The notes beneath the pieces were generated by a model. The model did not search any database. It saw only the letters and a list, made by a program, of their open reading frames with translations, and was not told where the DNA came from. From assembly GCA_037444665.1 (NCBI GenBank), contig JBBILZ010000015.1, forward strand, positions 1 to 45,957: 45,957 nt of DNA. The letters are read 5' to 3'. Origin of the DNA: a candidate division WOR-3 bacterium. Lineage in GTDB: Bacteria; Hydrothermota; Tepidihabitantia; SM23-42; JAOAFX01. The position numbers were made by a program, and so were the translations under genes. Positions 39,469-45,957 of the stretch are shown here, piece after piece. Every line of letters begins with the position of its first letter. Position 1 is the first letter of the stretch.

Positions 39469-41493
39469 TTATCTCCTTTTTGTTTCCTCAGAATGCATCA
39501 TCTTTATGAATTCACTAACAATCTTTGGGTCAAGCTTTGTTCCATTGAAGGATGCAATTGCAACCAGAGCACCATTGTAAGAGAATGGTTTTCTATATGA
39601 ACGGAATGTAGTCATCGCATCATAAACATCACAAACCGCAAGAATCCTTGATTCCAGCGGTATCTTCTCACCTTTTAGCCCATCTGGATAACCGCTCCCA
39701 TCATAATTTTCATGGTGGTGTCTGATAATAGGAACAACTTCTTTTAAACCCTCAATCTGCTCAAGCATCTTTGCACCTTCAACTGGATGCCTTTTTATCT
39801 CGGCAAATTCAAATTCATCAAGGCGGCCCGGCTTATTTAAAATTGATTCACTAATACCGATCTTACCAATATCATGCAAGAGCCCAGCATAGTATAATAT
39901 TTTTTTTCTGCCATCAACCAATCCTATTCTCTCTGCGAGTTTGAGGGCAAGTTCAGTCACCCTTTCTGAATGTCCCCTTGTATAAGAATCCTTTGCCTCC
40001 ATTGCGAGCACCAGTGCCCGAATAGTTTCAGTATAACTCTTTTCTATCCTCTCATATAACATTGCATTCTCAAGGAATGTAGCAATTCTGTGTGCAATAT
40101 CATCAAGTAAATCAATGGTCATTAAATCAAATCGGCTTTTTCTCTTACTCTGAAAATCAATCACGCCTAAAATCTTAGTCCCTGCCATAAGCGGGATTGC
40201 AAGTTCAGAGCCAATATTATCTATTGCCGGAACATAATGCTCGTTTTTTGAAACATCAGGCACATAAACATCCCTTTTCTTCTTCATCGCTTCACCAACA
40301 ATACCGCGGTACAATGGAACAGATTCAAACTCTGGTTTTAAAACAACACCGGGGCTCATTGCCTTAACCATTAATTTCTCATTTCGTTCGTCCGGCAGCA
40401 AGATTGTGGTGATAACATCTTCTAAGGCAGAATCTATCAGACTGACTGCAGTCTTCAAAAGTTCCTCTATGCTCATAAGACTGCTGATATGATATTCAAT
40501 CTGATATAACAAGGTAAGGTCATTGATTGCTTTATTCAACTGCGTAAATAACTTCGCATTATAAATTGCTATTGCAGATTGACCAGCCATAAGTTTGAGC
40601 AGATGTATGATGCGCGGGGTAAAAATATTTTTCTTAGTTTTGTCCCAGCATATTAGAACACCAAGAAAATTATCACGGACAACCAGAGGAAGGGCAATAA
40701 AAGATGAAACCTTCATTTCTGGGTCTGTATTTAGCCGGCCAAAGTTTTTTAATAGTTTCTTATACTCAGATAACAACATTACTTTTCTTTTTTTAAAAAG
40801 CTGGGCAAAGATGGCTGAGTTCTGCAGATTGGTAACCGGGTGGTCAAATAAGTGTTTTCCATTATGGATAAAAAATACTGGATTCATACTTTGTGTTTCA
40901 GAATCAAAGAGGTCAATCCGCAAATTTTTGACCTTAACAATCCTTTTTACCTGCTCATACATCCTTTGATAGAGCCTTTCCAAGTTTAGTTCTGTAGCCA
41001 CAATCCTGTTTGTATCATCTACAACCTTTAAACCTGCGATCTCCTCACGCATTGACCTTAAAACATCAAAACTATGAAGGCAGATTCCAAGCAAGTGTGC
41101 TTCTTTATTAAGATTTGATAAAACTTTAAAGTTTAACCGCTTTTTAATATATTGTAATAATAATAGACCACAAAAATTTTTGCCTGTAGAGATTGGAACA
41201 CAGAGCAGTGAACCAGGAATTGAAGATAAAGAACCAAACTTTTTTTTATCTGTTATTAACATTGGCGTTTTTTTTGAAATAATTGAATCAGGTATTTCCA
41301 ATCCCATTTTCAAGGTTTTATATTTATGGGCTAACATAAATTTACCCACCCTGGCCAAAAGGCTGAATAATCTCGTCATCGGGTTATAAATATAAATGGA
41401 AACATTGTCTGCCTGATATTTTTGGGCAATTGAACGAGCAATCTCATTGAGATAATTTGATGCATCTCTCAATGTTGCCCAATGAAAATTCAT
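39469..41493 (-). CDS. Multi-GAF HD-GYP cyclic-dinucleotide phosphodiesterase
   Basis: Three GAF-like segments; KDSYTRGHSERV, LHDIGK, HHENYDGSGYP; ATG 41514 falls in the promoter spacer so 41493 is preferred. Confidence 0.93.
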   Translation of the reverse strand: MNFHWATLRDASNYLNEIARSIAQKYQADNVSIYIYNPMTRLFSLLARVGKFMLAHKYKTLKMGLEIPDSIISKKTPMLITDKKKFGSLSSIPGSLLCVPISTGKNFCGLLLLQYIKKRLNFKVLSNLNKEAHLLGICLHSFDVLRSMREEIAGLKVVDDTNRIVATELNLERLYQRMYEQVKRIVKVKNLRIDLFDSETQSMNPVFFIHNGKHLFDHPVTNLQNSAIFAQLFKKRKVMLLSEYKKLLKNFGRLNTDPEMKVSSFIALPLVVRDNFLGVLICWDKTKKNIFTPRIIHLLKLMAGQSAIAIYNAKLFTQLNKAINDLTLLYQIEYHISSLMSIEELLKTAVSLIDSALEDVITTILLPDERNEKLMVKAMSPGVVLKPEFESVPLYRGIVGEAMKKKRDVYVPDVSKNEHYVPAIDNIGSELAIPLMAGTKILGVIDFQSKRKSRFDLMTIDLLDDIAHRIATFLENAMLYERIEKSYTETIRALVLAMEAKDSYTRGHSERVTELALKLAERIGLVDGRKKILYYAGLLHDIGKIGISESILNKPGRLDEFEFAEIKRHPVEGAKMLEQIEGLKEVVPIIRHHHENYDGSGYPDGLKGEKIPLESRILAVCDVYDAMTTFRSYRKPFSYNGALVAIASFNGTKLDPKIVSEFIKMMHSEETKRR

Positions 41494-41499
41494 TGGAAC

Positions 41500-41527
41500 A
41501 TTATACTTAAACATACTTAAATGTCAA
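41500..41527 (-). promoter_or_regulatory. sigma70-type promoter, leaderless start
   Basis: TTGACA-N16-TATAAT; ATG 41493 lies 6 nt after the -10. Confidence 0.8.
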
Positions 41528-41603
41528 GCAATATATTTTGAATTTGTTGAAAAAGTCCTCAGCAATCTCTATATAACCAATTGAATAAGTCTATTTCATT
41601 TCA

Positions 41604-41628
41604 GTAGGGACAACCTCTATGGTTGTCC
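41604..41628 (+). repeat. GTAG-type REP palindrome
   Basis: GTAG-GGACAACC-TCTAT-GGTTGTCC. Confidence 0.65.
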
Positions 41629-41675
41629 AAAAATTATCCAGTTACTCAAGAACTGAAATAAATAGCACATCAATC

Positions 41676-41703
41676 TTGACAATGTAAAAAATTTAAAGAT
41701 AAT
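41676..41703 (+). promoter_or_regulatory. sigma70-type promoter
   Basis: TTGACA-N16-GATAAT; ATG 41710 lies 6 nt after the -10. Confidence 0.65.
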
Positions 41704-41709
41704 TAAGGT

Positions 41710-41790
41710 ATGAATTCAGATTCAATGTTGGGGATAATAGCACCTAATCCTATATTTAAAGATGTTTTAATTAAAAAGGTGGCGAAATGA
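41710..41790 (+). CDS. Putative leaderless 26-aa upstream peptide
   Basis: [26 protein letters not shown]; stop overlaps the cheW start (ATGA). Confidence 0.35.
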   Translation: MNSDSMLGIIAPNPIFKDVLIKKVAK

Positions 41791-42341
41791 GACTAAAATC
41801 ACGCCGCCTCCAAAAAAACAGAGAACAAAAAAAGGGATTAGGGTCCGCCCCGGAAATCATTGAAAAAACCCAGGATAAAAATCCTCAAATTCAGGAAAAA
41901 GGATTCGCCATATTTGCAATTGGCACTGAATGGTATTGTATTGATATGGACGCAATCTTTGAAATTATGCACGATTATGAAATAAAATCAGTCTCCCATT
42001 TACCCGATTTTTTTGAAGGTGTCACAAATTTAAGGGGGGAATCTATTCCAGTAGTAAATCTGAGACAACTCCTTGATTTAGCCCCTGGTGCACAGGAATC
42101 CCAGGTTTGTATTATTAGTGAATCAGATGGCGTAAAAACAGGTTTTCTCATAGATTCAGATATTGAAATCGTAAAATCATCTGAGGTCCAGTTCTTTTCC
42201 TTACCTGATTGTTATAATCCTGATGAGCAGAAATTCTTAGATGGGATAATTGAATATAAAAATAAGCTTATTGGAGTTTTGAAACTTGTTCAGGCTTTAA
42301 AGGTGCTGACTGAACGGAGGTCAAATAATGAAGATAAATAA
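41787..42341 (+). CDS. cheW: CheW domain protein
   Basis: [36 protein letters not shown]. Confidence 0.88.
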   Translation: MRLKSRRLQKNREQKKGLGSAPEIIEKTQDKNPQIQEKGFAIFAIGTEWYCIDMDAIFEIMHDYEIKSVSHLPDFFEGVTNLRGESIPVVNLRQLLDLAPGAQESQVCIISESDGVKTGFLIDSDIEIVKSSEVQFFSLPDCYNPDEQKFLDGIIEYKNKLIGVLKLVQALKVLTERRSNNEDK

Positions 42342-43896
42342 AAATTTATTGTCCGTTTTAGGTTTTTTGCTGCAGGCATTTCTGTTTCTGCCCATTGCCC
42401 GTAATTTGCTCTTAGCCCAGGAGCATTACATCGGTTACTTTATAATAATCGCAATTGTTTTTGTCTATAATTTAATCACCGGGTTCAAACATATTTTGAA
42501 ATCAATCTTTTTGTTTTTTTTCTTCTCCACATTTGCAGCATTTATCATCTCCGGAATAACTTATAGACCCGATAACGAAATATTCTTCTGGCTCCTACTC
42601 TATGGATTTATTACTGGCATACTTGTAGCAATGGCTGTTTATATGTTGAAAAAAATTTTATTACTTACACCTGAAGAAACTGGTCTAAATTTTACTCTGG
42701 AAATCACCTTCTCCTTCTTTGCTTTATCATCTTATGTTCTATCACTAATGTTCCCCTCACCCTTCACCTCTACAATCCTTTTAGTCGCGATACTATTTTT
42801 AATTTCGCTCTTTATCAGCCTTTGCATTACAATATCCCTCAATGTCTTACTCCATAAATTACAAGTAACAATCACCGATAAATCTGCTGAAACAAATTAT
42901 TTAAATAGTCTACCTATACTAAAAAAAGTTTACGATTTATGCGCCAGTTTTTTCATTAAAACTAACGAATCACTAAATGAGATACAGACCTTGAGTCAGG
43001 ATATAGGAAATTCCGCAGAAGACCTCTCATCAGCCTCACAGGAAATGAATGCCTCGCTTGAGGAGGTCTCGTCAACGGTCCAGCATATTGCCAAAGGCGC
43101 CCAAGACCAATCCGAGGCAATTACGAGCATTGCCCGCTCCATTGAAGAACTTGATAATCTTACCACCTCTATTTCTTCACAGGTAAAGATGGCTAATGTA
43201 TCATCAAGGCGAACAACAGATTCGGCAAAAAAAGGCATGGAATTTTCAATTCATCAGGCAAAGATACTTAAAGAGATATTTGAACAGACAAAATTCATTG
43301 AAGATAAGATGGCAGAATTACGTAATCAGGCAACTGAAATAAAAAAGATTGTGGATATTATTCAGGGGATTACAGAACAGACTGACCTGCTTGCGCTTAA
43401 TGCGGCAATTGAAGCTGCGCGCGTTGGTGAACAGGGTAAAGGATTTGCAGTGGTTGCCGATGAGATTCGTAATCTGGCAAATGAAACGCAGCGTTCTTCA
43501 ACCACGGTAGAGAATTTAATAATAGAAATAAACAGAACAACTCAAGAACTTGGTAACCTGTTGAATCTTGAACGGGAAAAGATTGATGAGGCAAATCTTT
43601 CTGCAACCCAGACCGAAGAAGAATTTACTGGTATTGTAAAGGCAGTCAATCTGGTTACCGATATGATTGGCAGAATAAATGAAGCAGCAGGAAATCAACT
43701 CAATAATACCAAAGAACTGGTTAAAAAGGTGGAGCAGGTTGCCCAGGTTGCTGCGGACACCGCTGCTGCCACAGAGGAAGTCTCTGCGGCAGTTGAACAG
43801 CAGACCGCCTCAATGGAACAGTTCACTTCTACCGCGCAAATGCTGTCGCAAATTGTAGCAAAACTAAACGAGATCGTCAAAGAATTGAAAAAATGA
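42328..43896 (+). CDS. Methyl-accepting chemotaxis protein with multi-TM N-terminus
   Basis: [44 protein letters not shown] methylation sites; about 6 TM. Confidence 0.95.
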   Translation: MKINKNLLSVLGFLLQAFLFLPIARNLLLAQEHYIGYFIIIAIVFVYNLITGFKHILKSIFLFFFFSTFAAFIISGITYRPDNEIFFWLLLYGFITGILVAMAVYMLKKILLLTPEETGLNFTLEITFSFFALSSYVLSLMFPSPFTSTILLVAILFLISLFISLCITISLNVLLHKLQVTITDKSAETNYLNSLPILKKVYDLCASFFIKTNESLNEIQTLSQDIGNSAEDLSSASQEMNASLEEVSSTVQHIAKGAQDQSEAITSIARSIEELDNLTTSISSQVKMANVSSRRTTDSAKKGMEFSIHQAKILKEIFEQTKFIEDKMAELRNQATEIKKIVDIIQGITEQTDLLALNAAIEAARVGEQGKGFAVVADEIRNLANETQRSSTTVENLIIEINRTTQELGNLLNLEREKIDEANLSATQTEEEFTGIVKAVNLVTDMIGRINEAAGNQLNNTKELVKKVEQVAQVAADTAAATEEVSAAVEQQTASMEQFTSTAQMLSQIVAKLNEIVKELKK

Positions 43897-44318
43897 ATTC
43901 CTACCTCTATTATCAAATCAGTTCGGTCAAATTTGCAACTCCTATTGAGGAAATCAAAGAGGTAGCGCGCACAAAAAATCTTATTACCGAAGAAAAATTA
44001 CCTAAAAATATTGCAGGTTTTTTTGAACTCAGGGGAAAACGTATCTGCATCTTTGACCTACCTGCATTTTTAGAAATCCATCCTGATAGTGATTTTGAAA
44101 TCATCATCGTCACAACGAACGACCATTATGTCGGATTTAAGGTTGGAAAGATCTTTGGAATTGTAAGTGCCAGTGACATCAAACCATATCCAGAAATTGC
44201 CGAAACAAAGGAATATCTGAAAGGCGTGATTCTCAATAACAAAGAGCTCCTGCAGGTTCTATCATTAACTAAAATTTTATCCGGACCGCGGCTGAAGACA
44301 ATTCAGAAATATCTGTGA
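43893..44318 (+). CDS. cheW: CheW domain protein (divergent)
   Basis: [39 protein letters not shown]. Confidence 0.78.
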   Translation: MNSYLYYQISSVKFATPIEEIKEVARTKNLITEEKLPKNIAGFFELRGKRICIFDLPAFLEIHPDSDFEIIIVTTNDHYVGFKVGKIFGIVSASDIKPYPEIAETKEYLKGVILNNKELLQVLSLTKILSGPRLKTIQKYL

Positions 44319-45100
44319 AAATTGGTTTTGTTCAGTTTAGCCCTATTTTTGGTGAGAAAGAAAAGAATTTTGCAAAGGTAGAAAAACTGCTAAAACATAT
44401 TTCTGCTGACTTAATCGTTCTACCAGAATTGTTTAATACAGGCTATCTATTTCTGAATAAAGATGAACTCCATACCCTGGCAGAGCCAGCGGATAAAGGC
44501 ATAACCCATAGTTTCATTTTTAATTTGTGCAAACAAAAAAATTGTGCAATTACCTATGGATTTGCCGAAAAGGCAAATGACAAAATCTATAACTCGGCAA
44601 TTCTGATGTCACCGCAAGGTATTTTAGGGCATTACCGCAAAACCCATCTATTTTATGAAGAATGGTTCTTATTCACACCAGGCGATTTACCATATCAGGT
44701 CTATAACTATCAGGGCGTCCGCATAGGAATTCTAATATGCTTTGATTATATCTATCCTGAAGCGATGCGCACGCTTGCATTAAAAGGCGCCCAAATTGTT
44801 CTGTTGCCGGCAAATTTGGTATTACACTTTTGTCCGGATGCGATGATAACACGCGCACTGGAAAATCGTATTTATACTGTGCTTGCGGATAGAACCGGCA
44901 GCGATGACCGTAAAGAAAAAAAATTGAGTTTCATCGGTAAGAGTCAAATTGTCGCACCGAATGGTGAAGTGCTTGTCAGGGTAGGTGCAGAAGAATGCAC
45001 AAAAGTAATGGATATTGACCCTGATATTGCCCTGAATAAAAAGGTTACACCACACAACGATATTTTCAAGCAGCGCCGCGAAGACCTATATTTTAGATGA
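44315..45100 (+). CDS. Nitrilase-related carbon-nitrogen hydrolase
   Basis: E-K-C triad: LPELF, YRKTHL, ICFD..YPE; RALEN. Confidence 0.93.
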   Translation: MKIGFVQFSPIFGEKEKNFAKVEKLLKHISADLIVLPELFNTGYLFLNKDELHTLAEPADKGITHSFIFNLCKQKNCAITYGFAEKANDKIYNSAILMSPQGILGHYRKTHLFYEEWFLFTPGDLPYQVYNYQGVRIGILICFDYIYPEAMRTLALKGAQIVLLPANLVLHFCPDAMITRALENRIYTVLADRTGSDDRKEKKLSFIGKSQIVAPNGEVLVRVGAEECTKVMDIDPDIALNKKVTPHNDIFKQRREDLYFR

Positions 45101-45140
45101 AAGTGATAACTACTCTGTATAAAAACCTGAAGTAAATATC

Positions 45141-45168
45141 TTGATAATTTGGTCAGAATGGATATAAT
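45141..45168 (+). promoter_or_regulatory. sigma70-type promoter
   Basis: TTGATA-N16-TATAAT followed by an AAGGAG RBS. Confidence 0.7.
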
Positions 45169-45188
45169 AAAATAAAGGAGAATAAATT

Positions 45189-45957
45189 ATGAGTGGAATT
45201 GTTGGTTTGATTTCAAGAAAAGATATTAAAGAAACACTGTTTTATGCCACAGATTACCACTCCCACCTTGGCACAGAATATGGTGGAATTGCTATCTTTG
45301 ATGGCAAGAGAATTACCAAAAAGATTCACAGTATAACCAAAGCACAATTTAAATCAAAATTTTATGAAGATATAGATTTTATGAGTATGCACGGCAATGC
45401 CGGTATTGGTGTGATAAGTGACCGCGATACCCAGCCCCTGATAATTAGATTAAAGTTTGGTGAATATGCAATCTGTGGTGCCGGCTACATAGAAAATCAA
45501 AATGAACTTGCCCGAAAACTGATTAATGAAGGAACGACCTTTTCAGAAATGTATGATGGCAGAGTAAATCAAAGCGAACTTGTAGCAGAATTAATCAATA
45601 AAGGCAAAGACCTTATTGATGGCATTGAATATATGTTCAGTCAGATTGATGGTTCAATCTCATTTTTACTTATGGGCAAAGAAGGTATCTATGCAGTGCG
45701 TGATAAATATGGAAGGACTCCTCTGGTTCTCGCGGAAAAGAATGGCGAAAAAATAGTCGTTTCAGAGACTTGTGCCTATAAAAACCTTGGCTTTAAAACC
45801 AAAAAATTTCTGGGACCAGGGGAAATCATTTTATTAAGTGAAAGTAAGATAAAACAGATTAAAAAACCAAGCAATGACCTCAGACTCTGCACATTCTTAT
45901 TTGTTTATACTGGATTCCCCGCATCAGAGTATGAAGGCAAGAATGTAGAAGAGTTCA
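45189..45957 (+). CDS. purF: Amidophosphoribosyltransferase-like protein (PurF variant), truncated by the window end
   Basis: Own translation: MSGIVG...ATDYHSHLGT...RDKYGRTPL...SETCA...LGPGEI...CTFLFVYTGFPAS; open to the end of the window. Confidence 0.8.
   Translation, partial: MSGIVGLISRKDIKETLFYATDYHSHLGTEYGGIAIFDGKRITKKIHSITKAQFKSKFYEDIDFMSMHGNAGIGVISDRDTQPLIIRLKFGEYAICGAGYIENQNELARKLINEGTTFSEMYDGRVNQSELVAELINKGKDLIDGIEYMFSQIDGSISFLLMGKEGIYAVRDKYGRTPLVLAEKNGEKIVVSETCAYKNLGFKTKKFLGPGEIILLSESKIKQIKKPSNDLRLCTFLFVYTGFPASEYEGKNVEEF

Noticed and set aside
1..45957. CRISPR array, tRNA/rRNA, reverse transcriptase/DGR or prophage
   Set aside because: No regularly spaced repeats, cloverleaf motifs, RT or phage genes were seen. 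The 61-bp repeat is not adenine-specific in its mismatches and has no RT nearby.

Overview
AT-rich bacterial chromosomal segment read with standard code 11. Gene content (secreted proteins with YPNP/FlgD-type C-terminal domains, rpoZ-coaBC-dnaB-mlaEFD-radA) suggests an uncultured diderm such as candidate division WOR-3; this is an inference. From left to right: (1) a Wzz/Wzy/Wzx polysaccharide locus with glycosyltransferases; (2) a ~4 kb accessory segment bounded by a ~60 bp direct repeat of the 3' end of a Zn-dehydrogenase gene, carrying a DDE (rve-type) transposase with inverted repeats, a structured non-coding region complementary to the transposase start, and a split GxGYxYP-like gene; (3) long minus-strand housekeeping operons (adh, lsrF, M42 peptidase, PIN/TRAM, radA, mlaDFE, dnaB, coaBC, rpoZ; btuR, PPC, birA, thiolase, 3-hydroxyacyl-CoA dehydrogenase); (4) an alpha-2-macroglobulin followed by two secreted proteins; (5) small hypotheticals, cinA-thpR, a Tat substrate and a GAF/HD-GYP protein; (6) cheW-MCP-cheW-nitrilase and a partial atypical purF. 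Most notable: a putative ~120 nt pseudoknotted antisense RNA beside the transposase, a uniform 16-bp -35/-10 spacer in 12 promoter candidates with frequent leaderless starts, and the att-like duplication. No tRNA, rRNA or CRISPR array was seen.
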